Position numbers and translations under genes: made by a program
Part shown: positions 28,403-38,256 of the stretch, one piece after another
Position numbering within the stretch: the first letter of the stretch is position 1
Layout of the letters: each line of letters opens with the position of its first letter
The notes under the pieces: model-generated
What the model was told of the DNA's origin: nothing
Databases searched by the model: none
Seen by the model: only the letters and a program-made list of their open reading frames with translations
Source: a virus
Taxonomy: Duplodnaviria; Caudoviricetes
DNA: 64,000 bases
Direction: 5' to 3' (one strand)
IMG/VR virus record: IMGVR_UViG_3300027793_000063
Location: 32,001-96,000 of that record

Positions 28403-29365
28403 TTACGCCGCGCCGTCCTGGTTCATTGCGGCAATTTGCGCAGGCGTCAGTTCCAGCCGCTTGTGCGCGACATCGAACGCCGCAGATACGCTGCCGCTGC
28501 TGCAGTAGTCCGCGAACAGATCCGGGTCGCTTGATCCTCCGGCGTAGCGCGCAGCCCGAGCCGCCGCGATGCTCGCCTTCTTCGCGTTGCGCTGCTTTGT
28601 TTCACTGTCGTTTTGCTGCTTCAGTATGTTGCAGCTCCCGAGCTTGCCAAACTTGGGGAGCTTGCTGAAGCCGCCGAACATGTGGCACATGACAATCGTG
28701 ACGTCCCACGCCGAGACGAGGGTCTCGGCGTAGGCTTCCGCCTCCGGCGCAAGACGCGCCAGGAGATCGTTACTGCCGCTGCCTGGGACGGCTCCGGCAT
28801 CCCGCATGTCCTGCCAACTGCGCGGATCGACATAGATCTCGGAATTAGTTCCATTGGGGAGGTGTCCGATGAAGTGCTTGTCCGATCCCGGCGCGACGCG
28901 CAATATGCCCCACCCGGCTGCGGTGGGCATCAGATGTCCGAGTCTTGCCGACAGCCACGGTATCTCCGTCATGTTCACGGTGTAATCACCGCGGGCGGCG
29001 TCTCCAGTCAGCGTGATCAGTTCAGGCTCCGGCTGCTTGCCTGCCTGCATCCCGGCGAGGATCATTTCCGGGGTGATGAGTATCACCGCGTCCGTGTTCT
29101 CCGCCTCCTTGCGCCGGAATGCGGCGCCCCCAAAATACAGGATTTTACCGACGCCGTCGTAGGCAGCGAGGGCAAATCCGCACATGCGCCGCACGAATCC
29201 GCGGCGGAAGCGTCGCCCTGGTCTGGTGGTTATTCTGTTTGGGTTCGCCTGTGCCGGCTCTTTGGCCGCTTCGAACTCTTCGGGCGTGGCGCGCAGCCCG
29301 CAGAGTTCGGTTACTAATCCTTGCATGTCCTCGAGAGGGCTGAATGGGAGTTTGCTGATGTGCAT
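28403..29365 (-). CDS. hypothetical protein (self-contained promoter-gene-terminator unit)
   Basis: 320 aa; long AC-rich leader. Confidence 0.7.
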   Translation of the reverse strand: MHISKLPFSPLEDMQGLVTELCGLRATPEEFEAAKEPAQANPNRITTRPGRRFRRGFVRRMCGFALAAYDGVGKILYFGGAAFRRKEAENTDAVILITPEMILAGMQAGKQPEPELITLTGDAARGDYTVNMTEIPWLSARLGHLMPTAAGWGILRVAPGSDKHFIGHLPNGTNSEIYVDPRSWQDMRDAGAVPGSGSNDLLARLAPEAEAYAETLVSAWDVTIVMCHMFGGFSKLPKFGKLGSCNILKQQNDSETKQRNAKKASIAAARAARYAGGSSDPDLFADYCSSGSVSAAFDVAHKRLELTPAQIAAMNQDGAA

Positions 29366-29434
29366 GTTTGTTGGTGTTTGTTGTTTTTGTTGGTTGGTTG
29401 GTGTTCGTTATGCGAACGGCATGAATTGCCGCTA

Positions 29435-29470
29435 GCAATGTATTATGACGCAATCCGCGTCATTTTTGCA
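29435..29470 (-). promoter_or_regulatory. conserved promoter motif, copy 1
   Basis: TGCAAAA-N14-GTCATAATACATTGC; near-identical arrangement at 51644-51679. Confidence 0.6.
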
Positions 29471-29868
29471 TGGAGCGCCGCGTGCTCCTGAACACTCACC
29501 TGCACCGTCATCGGCGGTTTTCCGCGCAGCTTCGAGCTATACAACCCCAGAATCCGCCGTGCCTTACCCTCCAGGCGACCGTTGATGTCCCGCGGACGCA
29601 ACGTCCAGCCGATTACCGGCAGTCCTTTGAGATTCCATTTGAGCACCCGGATGAAATAAATGCGGGCCGGCTGTCCGGGTAGTCGCAGCTGATCCAGCGC
29701 TCCTATCAGTTTTCCGTAACGGTCGATGCGGTAGATCACCGACGGGTAGCATGGGATCTCGGCCAGGCTGTAAATCAAGCTGATGGCCCGCTTCGTGTCG
29801 CGTATCCCATACACGACCACTGAGTCCAGCGGTTTGCTTACGGCGTCCGGTGTCGGAGCATCAGCCAC
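29443..29868 (-). CDS. hypothetical protein
   Basis: Probable GTG start at 29868. Confidence 0.45.
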   Translation of the reverse strand: MADAPTPDAVSKPLDSVVVYGIRDTKRAISLIYSLAEIPCYPSVIYRIDRYGKLIGALDQLRLPGQPARIYFIRVLKWNLKGLPVIGWTLRPRDINGRLEGKARRILGLYSSKLRGKPPMTVQVSVQEHAALHAKMTRIAS

Positions 29869-30454
29869 GTGGGTAGAGCACCTGCACCGCCAGCCGGCGC
29901 GTGAGGTTGACAGACACCCCGTCGCGTCCTGGCGGAATGTCGGCGGAGCAGTCGGCTGCGTCGAACGGCACATCGAACACCTGCACGTCGTAGCGTCGGT
30001 TCCCTTTCCCGGCGACGATACAGACCTGCTTGCCGCTTTCGATGGCGTGGATGACGCCTTCGATTTCCGCCTTCGCCTCTTCGGTCCCCATCAGCGAGCC
30101 GATGCTCTTGAACAGCGACGCACGAGCCGGCGTGGACAACCGCAGCGCCGGGACTGCCGGAACTTCCGGAACTTCCGATCGTAGATGCTCAACGGTGGCG
30201 CTCGTCACCGCGGCGAGATCAGCGTCAGTCACCGCGGATGGGGTAACGACAACGGACAGGTCGCTCGCGGCGGTTGGCTGAGTCGGAATGGCGATGTCGA
30301 TATGCGCATCCAAGCAGTCCACGATCCGCCTGGAAATCTCGGCTCGCGTGCCTTCCGTATCGAGTCCCATGGATTCCGCGATGGCAATCACATCCGTTTT
30401 GCGGGGCAGTTCGGCAAGTGATTCGATGGTGTGAGGCGTAGCGGATTCGTTCAT
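29861..30454 (-). CDS. hypothetical protein with short N-terminal helical (SAP/HeH-like) motif
   Basis: LAELPRKTDVIAIAESMGLDTEGTRAEI..RI pattern. Confidence 0.6.
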   Translation of the reverse strand: MNESATPHTIESLAELPRKTDVIAIAESMGLDTEGTRAEISRRIVDCLDAHIDIAIPTQPTAASDLSVVVTPSAVTDADLAAVTSATVEHLRSEVPEVPAVPALRLSTPARASLFKSIGSLMGTEEAKAEIEGVIHAIESGKQVCIVAGKGNRRYDVQVFDVPFDAADCSADIPPGRDGVSVNLTRRLAVQVLYPRG

Positions 30455-30467
30455 GGTGTCGGGTTGG

Positions 30468-31061
30468 TTATCGGATTTTGACGTTGAGACCATCTTGGAA
30501 GTCGGTCACTTTCTGGAGCATGACATCCTGGTCCATGCAGGTAAAGGCGAAAGGATACTCCGGGTCGCCTGCGCACCTGTTCTTCCGCTTGCGCACGTCC
30601 CTCCAGTGCGCGTCGAACGTCGAGTCGGAGATCGGCTCCGCTACCACGCCGTCGTCCACCTTCGGATAAACCTCCCGCAGGTCCTCGAACACGAACTCAG
30701 GACGCGGTGGGCGCTCCCATCGTTGCCACAAGCGCAGGGCCAGTTCCGCGGCTTTCTGCACCTCCATGGGCGCGTAGACGAAATACTCACGATGCGTCGG
30801 CGCGATATCGAACTTGCTGTGGTAGACCAGCAGTGTCACGATGTAAGGCACCTGCGCGCGCACAAGCGACTCGCGGATCGGATCTCCGGACTGTCCGCGA
30901 TCGTCGAACTTGCCGACGCGAGCCATCCCCTGGATGTAGTAGGTCCGCATCTGCTTGGCGGACAGCACCGCGCCGTGCTTCGGATTATCCACGGGACGCC
31001 CGAGATGATCCCGCAACTGCACATTCTTGAAAATCTGCGCGTGTCTGGCTGTGTTTTCCAT
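30468..31061 (-). CDS. hypothetical protein
   Basis: Start refined to MENTARH directly behind a promoter. Confidence 0.65.
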   Translation of the reverse strand: MENTARHAQIFKNVQLRDHLGRPVDNPKHGAVLSAKQMRTYYIQGMARVGKFDDRGQSGDPIRESLVRAQVPYIVTLLVYHSKFDIAPTHREYFVYAPMEVQKAAELALRLWQRWERPPRPEFVFEDLREVYPKVDDGVVAEPISDSTFDAHWRDVRKRKNRCAGDPEYPFAFTCMDQDVMLQKVTDFQDGLNVKIR

Positions 31062-31067
31062 ACCCCA

Positions 31068-31096
31068 GTAATGCGTCGCCGCCCGGATTCCGTCAA
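31068..31096 (-). promoter_or_regulatory. sigma70-like promoter, near-leaderless
   Basis: TTGACG-17nt-CATTAC, then 6 nt to ATG 31061. Confidence 0.45.
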
Positions 31097-31130
31097 CCCG
31101 TTTCTCTCTAAGCAAAATACGTTTCGCGCC

Positions 31131-31297
31131 GGGTATCATGGGTCGGTGCAGTGTATTTGACAATCCGTGATACCCTGGTCTCGTGCGCGGCGCCCCCGAA
31201 CGCGTTGAGCTGCCGCGTCTTACAGATTTCACTTCGAGTATCATTTTGCCTCTTTTGAACTTCCCGCTCGAGTATCATTTAGCCGTTTGCATGATAC
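31131..31297. repeat. cluster of five GTATCA/TGATAC boxes in intergenic DNA
   Basis: GTATCA at 31133, 31238 and 31272; TGATAC at 31168 and 31292; 13-bp direct repeat tcgagtatcattt at 31234 and 31268. Confidence 0.7.
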
Positions 31298-31311
31298 CTT
31301 TCTTCTGGGTC

Positions 31312-31926
31312 CTATAATGCTGGCGGCAAAACCACCTCGCGCGTGATGCGCAGAGTCTCGAACTTTCCAGACTCCAATTTCAGCGTGTGGATGTAGTATC
31401 GGGTCGGCAGATTCAGCCATCGCGTCAGTTCCTGTTTCGCCCGTGGAACACTGCCCTTGGCCGGCTTCGGCATGCCTGGCTCTTGCAGGGATTTCAACCG
31501 CATCAGGTAGAGTGCGGTGTCTGACGTCGGCAGCGTGGCGAGGTTCGGCGTCAGCATGTGATACTCTGCGCCCCTGGAGCCGCCGCTGCCCTCTTCGCGC
31601 GTCTGCGTGGACTTCTCGCGAGACTCGATCAGCTGCGCTCGTGCCGCGATCAGATCGACCGTCTGCAGGTCGCCGCGATCGGACGCCGGCCAGTCCTGCA
31701 CGCTCACTTTCCCTTCCCGCAGCCGCTTCAGATCTTCGGCTTGCATCGCGGCGTATGCTTCCAAGGACAGAAGCTCCACCTGGATGTCTTTTGCGACGCC
31801 TTCGGAATCGCGGTAGTTGAGGATCTCGATCGTGGTGCCTGGCGCTGCGCTCAGTAGCGCGGCTTTGATTTGTGTGATGTCGTTCATGATGTGATGGTTG
31901 TTGATGTACGCAAAAAGCCCGGTCAC
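31312..31926 (-). CDS. hypothetical protein
   Basis: About 190-200 aa; start may be MNDITQI near 31887. Confidence 0.65.
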   Translation of the reverse strand: MTGLFAYINNHHIMNDITQIKAALLSAAPGTTIEILNYRDSEGVAKDIQVELLSLEAYAAMQAEDLKRLREGKVSVQDWPASDRGDLQTVDLIAARAQLIESREKSTQTREEGSGGSRGAEYHMLTPNLATLPTSDTALYLMRLKSLQEPGMPKPAKGSVPRAKQELTRWLNLPTRYYIHTLKLESGKFETLRITREVVLPPAL

Positions 31927-31967
31927 CGCACTGGGCGATGACCGGGCAGATGAACCGCAAAGAAATT

Positions 31968-33389
31968 CTACATTTTGTCCGGCGCGCTGGCCACGGCGTC
32001 CGACGCAACCGCCGGCTCGAGAATCGGAGACTGCTCCTGCTTCCTCGCCATGAACCGATCGACAGGGTCCGGGTTGTTCGGCTGCAACCGTTCGCCCTGC
32101 TCCTGCATCATGTCGCCGCCCTCGGCATCCTCGCTCATGCCGCCTGCAGAGTCGGACGTGAGTTCCTCCTGCATGGCGTCGCTGATTGCCGGGTCTGCTG
32201 CCATCATCTGTTCGAGCTCTGCCGCGAGCCGCGTGTCCGCCGCGGTCTTTTCCAGAATCTGCGGGCGGAAATAAGTCAGCTGCAGCAGGGTGGCAATTCC
32301 GGCGAATTTTTCGATCTGCTCTTCGCCGTGCGACAGGACCTCGTCGTACAGACTCGGCACGAGATCGGCGAACTCCGCAGCGGCCAGCGCTGCGACAACG
32401 GGCCGGAGCCTGGCGGACTTGCAGATCGCGACCGCCGCAAGCGCGCGCTCTGGTAGCGGCAGCGGCTCATCCGATGCGCCGCGGGCGAACTCCACCAACG
32501 CTTCCATTCCGCCGTCGCGCTGGGTCTGCACCATCCCGGCGATACCATCCCGGGCTGCCTTGTGCAGCAAGTCCGAGGTGACACACACCGACGCCGATTT
32601 TTCGTGGGCCATCTGATCCACAGCCAGCATCAGGAATTCCTGGGCCGCAGCTTCACAGTCCGCCTCCGCCCACAACGTCGCGGCCGACTTCAGCTGCTCT
32701 TCCTCGCCGACTGCCGGTTCGCTCAGGTGACCGTCAGCAGCCACCTGGCGCACGCGCTTCGGGTATCTGGACTTCGGTGTCTGGACCGCCGGAAAGGCTT
32801 TGCGCAGCGTTGCGAAAGTGACCCCGCCGGCCGCGAGCGCGGCCAGCAGCGGCAGCGCCACAGGCGTCGCCGAGATCAGGTCATACAGATTCATCTTGGC
32901 ATCCACTGCCGGAGCCGCCGCAGCACGTTTCGACACCTCGAGGTCCGCGGCGAGAAGCGCCTCGCCCTGCGCTTCGTCCAGCAGCTTCTGCTTGTGCTTT
33001 TTCTGCAGGTAATTGTAGACGGCCTGGGTCAGCGCGTAAGCGCCGCCGGCGCCCAGAATGCCGCCCGTGACAGCCAACCCGGGCGCGATCCACCGATTCA
33101 CGTCTGACGCCGACTTCTGCTGCGGGTGCGGGGATGAGATGTAGAGCGTGTCGTCGTTCAGGCGCGATTTGTCCGCGAGCTCGTTCTCCTCGCGCAGCGA
33201 CTTCAGATAGTTCAGCAGCGCCACGACCGCGCTGGCGCCGGCCCCCAGGGCCATGCCGCCGACGGCCATGTTGCGTACGAGACTTGTTCCGCGCGCGTCT
33301 TGCGCGGCGGCTACATCCGGCGAGTTGACCGTGCCGGTGAGTTTACCGGCGGCTCCTCTTGCTACAGTTTCGATCAGGTTGGTTGGCAT
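31968..33389 (-). CDS. probable internal virion protein with glycine-zipper helices and multiple KxA motifs
   Basis: GGMALGAGA and GGILGAGGA segments; eight K-x-A sites. Confidence 0.6.
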   Translation of the reverse strand: MPTNLIETVARGAAGKLTGTVNSPDVAAAQDARGTSLVRNMAVGGMALGAGASAVVALLNYLKSLREENELADKSRLNDDTLYISSPHPQQKSASDVNRWIAPGLAVTGGILGAGGAYALTQAVYNYLQKKHKQKLLDEAQGEALLAADLEVSKRAAAAPAVDAKMNLYDLISATPVALPLLAALAAGGVTFATLRKAFPAVQTPKSRYPKRVRQVAADGHLSEPAVGEEEQLKSAATLWAEADCEAAAQEFLMLAVDQMAHEKSASVCVTSDLLHKAARDGIAGMVQTQRDGGMEALVEFARGASDEPLPLPERALAAVAICKSARLRPVVAALAAAEFADLVPSLYDEVLSHGEEQIEKFAGIATLLQLTYFRPQILEKTAADTRLAAELEQMMAADPAISDAMQEELTSDSAGGMSEDAEGGDMMQEQGERLQPNNPDPVDRFMARKQEQSPILEPAVASDAVASAPDKM

Positions 33390-33393
33390 GGTG

Positions 33394-33873
33394 TCAGAAC
33401 TGCATGTATTGGACTTCTTGGTAAGTGATGAACACGACCCAGGAGCCTTCGTAGGGTTGCTTTTCCAGCACGGAGATCGCCAGCGTCGGCGCCTCCGGGT
33501 CTGCGGATGCTTTCAGCAGGCGGTTGTACTCGGCCAGGTCCGCCGGTTTCGATAGTGTGAGTATTTTGGTCTCGGGGTTGACGAGTCGCACGGATGACGG
33601 CTGCTCCGCCATCTGCCCGCGGATGGACGGTTTGCTTCCCCACCTGGTATCGGTCGGTCGCGTCGGCGTTTCGTCGTCATCCTTGGTTGCGTCCTTGTCG
33701 TCCGGACCCGCGGGCGGACGGTCTTCAAACCGATCCGCATCGACTTTCACGAACTTCTCCTGGTCCTCCGCCGAAAGCGCGGAGGCGGATTTTTCAAACG
33801 TCTCTTCAGCGCTATCCATCAGCGCGGCTTCCTGCTCTGCGGGCGTTGAGCGTTTTGTTTTCGCGTCAGACAT
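33394..33873 (-). CDS. hypothetical protein (structural module)
   Basis: 159 aa; EKSAS. Confidence 0.6.
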   Translation of the reverse strand: MSDAKTKRSTPAEQEAALMDSAEETFEKSASALSAEDQEKFVKVDADRFEDRPPAGPDDKDATKDDDETPTRPTDTRWGSKPSIRGQMAEQPSSVRLVNPETKILTLSKPADLAEYNRLLKASADPEAPTLAISVLEKQPYEGSWVVFITYQEVQYMQF

Positions 33874-34450
33874 TGTAGCGCGAGCGTGTTATTTTTGCGG
33901 CGGGTTGAACTTCGTTCGCCATGTCCTCCTCGATGTCGTTCTTCAGCTTTCGATACGCCTTGACCTTCTCCATAATGATCGCGTTCTCCGCCGATGACTG
34001 CTCGGCGTTGCGTGACAGCAGAAACGCGAGCGAACCCAGTGCAGTTCCGGTGAGCGCACCGCCGGCTGTGAGTGTCTTGAGGATGTTCCCGCCGATGCTG
34101 TCATGCAACGCCGCGGCGGCCGGCAGCAAGGCAGCCCCAGCCTCCTTGCGCAGATCCTCCTGGTTTGCGAGCGCGCGACGGACACTGTCCGTGAAGCGTC
34201 GGTAAGAGGCGTGCCACGTCGCAGTTTTTTCGAGGTTGCGGAAGAGAATGCATACCGGCGAATGCGCGTCGCCGAGCCCTTCGAAGAGATCTGCGGCCAG
34301 CTTGCACAACTGGCGCTCGAAGGGGATACCTTCTTCGCTGGTCATGACGCGCTGTCTGCCCTGCCGACGCAGCATCTCGTTGCGTCCGATTCCGAACGTG
34401 GAAGCGGCCAGTCCTTGTCCAAACGCGAATCCCGCAGCGGTTGCATTCAT
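33866..34450 (-). CDS. probable virion protein with glycine zipper
   Basis: AGGALTGTALGSLAF; KLAA, KTAT, KEAG. Confidence 0.6.
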   Translation of the reverse strand: MNATAAGFAFGQGLAASTFGIGRNEMLRRQGRQRVMTSEEGIPFERQLCKLAADLFEGLGDAHSPVCILFRNLEKTATWHASYRRFTDSVRRALANQEDLRKEAGAALLPAAAALHDSIGGNILKTLTAGGALTGTALGSLAFLLSRNAEQSSAENAIIMEKVKAYRKLKNDIEEDMANEVQPAAKITRSRYNV

Positions 34451-34455
34451 AAATG

Positions 34456-35319
34456 TTACAGATAGTCGGTGATTAAAACTTGTCCCAGAATATTGCGGCG
34501 CGGACCGGCGTCGTAGCCGTGTCCCAGCGCGCCGCCCAATATACCACCCGCGATCATGGGTAGCAAGCCTTTGGAACCCAGAAAGCGCACCGCGAGGGCG
34601 CCGATGCCCGCACCAGTCGCAGTGCGTAGCAGGCGATAGAGATCCTCCTGATCAGAAGATCTGGCACTTGCGAGGGCGCGCAAGATCAGCGCGCGCTGTC
34701 CGGAGTTGATCGACGGATCGCTGTTCAACAGTTGAATGACGAGGGGCAGCCAGTCCGTCGCTGCCTGCTTTGAAAGCCACGCCTCGCGGCGGTTGTGCTT
34801 GCTCTGCGCCCATGCAGTGCCGGCCGCGCCAACACCGCCGGCAAGCAGCGCAGCCAGGAGCGCGCGCTTGATCGGACTCCCGCCCTCCCGCCTACTGGGT
34901 CCCCACAGATAACCACCCACTCCGCCGGCCAACGCCGACAGCAGCCCGGCCGTGCCGACGGCCTTGCCCTGCGACGAACCCCCCCAGTCGAGCGCTTTGC
35001 CGATGCCGCTGGCAATCGAATCGTTCCACTGTCGCGCGGGGGTTTTCGGAATGCGCTGCAGCGGCGCATACCCGTTGTTGGCCGCTTCTTGCAGATGCAT
35101 CATCCGGTAGGCCGGATCGAAACTCAGCTTGTACTCGTCGGGAGTCATATACACCCGGGAGTCGTCCGGTGAGAGCCCAATGGAAGCCTTCGGATGTTGG
35201 AACGAAATTTTACCGTCAGGTTCGTTCCGAAAATCCCACACCTCGCCCTGTAGGTGGTGCGGAATGGACTTCGGAACCGCGCCGTGCGGCGTGAGCGGAT
35301 TGGTGATCTCCTCGGTCAT
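34456..35319 (-). CDS. probable virion protein with glycine zippers
   Basis: AGGVGGYLWG, AGGVGAAG, GGILGGALG; SKQAA between domains. Confidence 0.6.
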   Translation of the reverse strand: MTEEITNPLTPHGAVPKSIPHHLQGEVWDFRNEPDGKISFQHPKASIGLSPDDSRVYMTPDEYKLSFDPAYRMMHLQEAANNGYAPLQRIPKTPARQWNDSIASGIGKALDWGGSSQGKAVGTAGLLSALAGGVGGYLWGPSRREGGSPIKRALLAALLAGGVGAAGTAWAQSKHNRREAWLSKQAATDWLPLVIQLLNSDPSINSGQRALILRALASARSSDQEDLYRLLRTATGAGIGALAVRFLGSKGLLPMIAGGILGGALGHGYDAGPRRNILGQVLITDYL

Positions 35320-35555
35320 CGTAGTCCTCCGCTTCCGTTCCCGACGTGCGGGGAGTTCTGTCCTGGATACTTTGCCACCCAGTTCTCCGAGTCAAACCGG
35401 TCCGCTGCGTCTGTCGCACTTCCACGCGGAGTCGCCGCGTGATCGTGGTCGAAACTCAGTTCGCCTTCCGTCAACTTCTTGGACGCGGCTGCGGCAACTT
35501 CCTGCACCGCCGCCTCGCGGAGTTTTCGTGGGTATTGGGATTTCTGGTGAGACAT
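35316..35555 (-). CDS. hypothetical protein
   Basis: 79 aa behind a promoter. Confidence 0.55.
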   Translation of the reverse strand: MSHQKSQYPRKLREAAVQEVAAAASKKLTEGELSFDHDHAATPRGSATDAADRFDSENWVAKYPGQNSPHVGNGSGGLR

Positions 35556-35564
35556 CGCATCGAG

Positions 35565-35593
35565 ACTATACGATTATTGCTGCTGTCCGGCAA
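35565..35593 (-). promoter_or_regulatory. sigma70-like promoter
   Basis: TTGCCG-17nt-TATAGT, 9 nt before ATG 35555. Confidence 0.5.
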
Positions 35594-37436
35594 GCATTTG
35601 CCCGACTTGGGCACGCCCTTGCGAACCAGCCTGCGCGCGCATCTTTTCCATGGCGTCTTTCGCCGCGGCATAAAGCGTCGGATTGATTGCCTCGGCCCGC
35701 TGCATCTCCTTGCGGTGCGAATTCGGCTGCTGCGTGTGCATCTGGATCCACTGCTGGGCGATCTCCTGCGCGCGCTGCTGCACCATGGTCGGGTCGGCAT
35801 TTGTATCGACGGCGTAATCCAACGGAGCAGCGGGGGCGCCGGCCGCCGCACCAGCCCCGCCCTGGGCGGCCTGCTGCATGGACTGCTCGGCCGCTGCCAT
35901 TGCAAGATCGGCCATGGAACCCTGCGTGCGTTCCTTCTCGTAATTCTTCGCAAGCTCTTCGGCTCCACGCTGAATCTCCTGATCCTCCTCGATGGCCCGA
36001 ATGTTCGCGGCCTCCGGGTCGGTGACCCCGATGTCCGGGTAGACATCCTTTCGGGGAATCTCGCGGTTTGCGGCGAGCTGCATACGCAGTTGCATCCACT
36101 CGGCGTTGTATGCCATGACCGGACGCTTGAGTCGCACCTCCATCTCCTTCGATTCGAAGGCTCGCTGCACCGTGCGCGCGATAAATTTGAGCAGCCCGTC
36201 GAGTTCTGCGTAGAGCCACTCATACTGCCGCTCGAACATGCGAATGGCATTCGGCAGCTGCTCCGGATTCAACGTGCCACGGAATAATTCACGCGGGAAT
36301 CCAAGCCCGTCGAACAGCTGGTCGGTGTATGCCTCCACGACGTCATACAGCACCATGGCCTTGCCTCCGCCGTCGAAGGTCTGCATCTCGATCGGGAACG
36401 GCACCGCGTGGATCGATGTGGCGTCCCTCCGGCGCGCGGCGATCATGTTCTGCATCTCCGAGCGCCAGCGCGACATCAGTGTGGTGAGCACGGCGTCGCC
36501 GATGTTTCCACCGAAGTTCGGACTCAGCACTCTCGTCGGATGCAGGAACTCCTGCGCGACGGCGAAATCCGCCTTCCGGTAAATCGCCAGTTGGTAGAGC
36601 GCATCGTAGTGCATCAGCACTTCCGGCACTGCCCATCCGGAATCGGAGACTCCGCACGGCGTCGGCGATCGAAAATGATGCACCTCGCCCTTGCGGAATC
36701 GATAGTCCTTGTTCTTCGAGATCGCCTCCAGCAGACCGCGCGGCGTGTTGTTGATCTCGTGCAGCTTGTTGTGCTTGACCCTGGCCTCCATGTCCGGAGG
36801 AATCCGGTAGATGTATTCCGTCGTGTCCGCGTGGTGCGGCGAGTCCAGATCCACGTAGCGCGGGTCCAGGAAGATGATGGAGAAGCGGTCAGGCGCAGCA
36901 GACGGCTTGTCGCGGAATTCCAACCTCACAGTCGGCAGATCGGCCATCTTGCGCTTTTGTTTCGGCAGCTTCGCCGCCGCTGCCATGTCCGGCACCTCGT
37001 AAACCATATCGGCCCAGTGATACTTCACCAAATGTTCCGGAAATATGTCCAACGAAATGGCGCGCTGGAGTCCGTCGCGGTTGTCGATGAGCCAGCGATC
37101 GAACGGCTCGACGCAGCGGACGAACGCCTGTCCGTAGATGGCCCACTCTGCGCCGGCCTTCTGCATCTTCGAGAAGACGCGCAGCGTTTCCAACAGCAGC
37201 CGCTCCAGCTTCTTCTGTTCGTCCTTGTCGCCCGCGTCGACGAATTCGATCCCGGTGATGAAGTAGGAAATTACCCGGTTGCATACTGCTCCATACAGAC
37301 GGTTGGTCCGGTAGAGATAGAGACACAAGTCGAACGTGGACTTGATGTCGCTCGGGAATGAATCTGTCGACGGAAGCAGGAATGGATCTCCAAACTTTTT
37401 GGAACCGTTCAGAAAGGAGTTGGAGATGACGGCCAT
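35574..37436 (-). CDS. probable phage portal protein
   Basis: 620 aa with portal-like layout: YLYRTNRLYGAVCNRVISYFIT, AIYGQAFV, VHHFRSP...GWAVP, LFDGLGFPRELF; Q/A-rich tail. Confidence 0.65.
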   Translation of the reverse strand: MAVISNSFLNGSKKFGDPFLLPSTDSFPSDIKSTFDLCLYLYRTNRLYGAVCNRVISYFITGIEFVDAGDKDEQKKLERLLLETLRVFSKMQKAGAEWAIYGQAFVRCVEPFDRWLIDNRDGLQRAISLDIFPEHLVKYHWADMVYEVPDMAAAAKLPKQKRKMADLPTVRLEFRDKPSAAPDRFSIIFLDPRYVDLDSPHHADTTEYIYRIPPDMEARVKHNKLHEINNTPRGLLEAISKNKDYRFRKGEVHHFRSPTPCGVSDSGWAVPEVLMHYDALYQLAIYRKADFAVAQEFLHPTRVLSPNFGGNIGDAVLTTLMSRWRSEMQNMIAARRRDATSIHAVPFPIEMQTFDGGGKAMVLYDVVEAYTDQLFDGLGFPRELFRGTLNPEQLPNAIRMFERQYEWLYAELDGLLKFIARTVQRAFESKEMEVRLKRPVMAYNAEWMQLRMQLAANREIPRKDVYPDIGVTDPEAANIRAIEEDQEIQRGAEELAKNYEKERTQGSMADLAMAAAEQSMQQAAQGGAGAAAGAPAAPLDYAVDTNADPTMVQQRAQEIAQQWIQMHTQQPNSHRKEMQRAEAINPTLYAAAKDAMEKMRAQAGSQGRAQVGQMLAGQQQ

Positions 37437-37449
37437 CGGTTAAAGCGTG

Positions 37450-38256
37450 TCAGTTTTCGCGCGGACGATCGAAGTCCAGCCTGGCGACCCCGGCGACATT
37501 AGCGACGGACTTGCCGACCTCCGGGAACCGCGCGCTGGCGCTCTTCTCGCCGTCCACAATGGGCTCGCCGGTTTCGTCGTCAACGCGATCGCTCGGTCGT
37601 CCGGAAACGACCGAAGGAACTCCGTCATGTAATACGCCTTGTTTTTCCACGCTGGCAGACTGAGGCAAAAAGCAGAGCAAGTCAATCCCAACCCCAGGAT
37701 AAAGCTGCATCGGCGGCGCCAGGCACAGCACGCGCACGCGCGGGGAATCGCGGTGCTCCAGAAAGCTGATCTCCAGTTCTGATCCCGGGTGTGGCGCAAA
37801 CATTGACTCCGAAGATCTCACCATGATCAGCAGCAGGTGCTTGACGCGGTGCAGATGCATCGGCTCGGCGCTGCTCCACGCGACCGGTGATTTGACGTCA
37901 CCGATCGGCGTGTGGAACACCAGCGTGAGTTTCTTCCTGGTGCGGTCGCTCAGGCATTTGGCCACGGCCAGCAACTCACTCTCTGCCTCGGTGCCGAGCA
38001 ATTGCACAAGCACCGGTGGTATGCGTAATCCCGCTTCGTGAACCGCGACGATGGGCGAGTCCGGAATGTCATACTTCGGCGCCGGGACCGCAGGAATGCG
38101 AATTGTGGCCTGCTCGATTTCGTCCGCTTCGATGACCTCGCTCAGGTCTCCGCTGCGCATTCTCGCCACCAGCGCGTCGGTGGCGTCACCTGGGTTCGGG
38201 GGTCTGGATCCGGACTTCGCGCTCGAGTCCGGCGGCATGGTGGGTTGTGAGTGCAT
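37450..38256 (-). CDS. hypothetical protein
   Basis: 268 aa; EKSAS near the C-terminus; start uncertain. Confidence 0.6.
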   Translation of the reverse strand: MHSQPTMPPDSSAKSGSRPPNPGDATDALVARMRSGDLSEVIEADEIEQATIRIPAVPAPKYDIPDSPIVAVHEAGLRIPPVLVQLLGTEAESELLAVAKCLSDRTRKKLTLVFHTPIGDVKSPVAWSSAEPMHLHRVKHLLLIMVRSSESMFAPHPGSELEISFLEHRDSPRVRVLCLAPPMQLYPGVGIDLLCFLPQSASVEKQGVLHDGVPSVVSGRPSDRVDDETGEPIVDGEKSASARFPEVGKSVANVAGVARLDFDRPREN

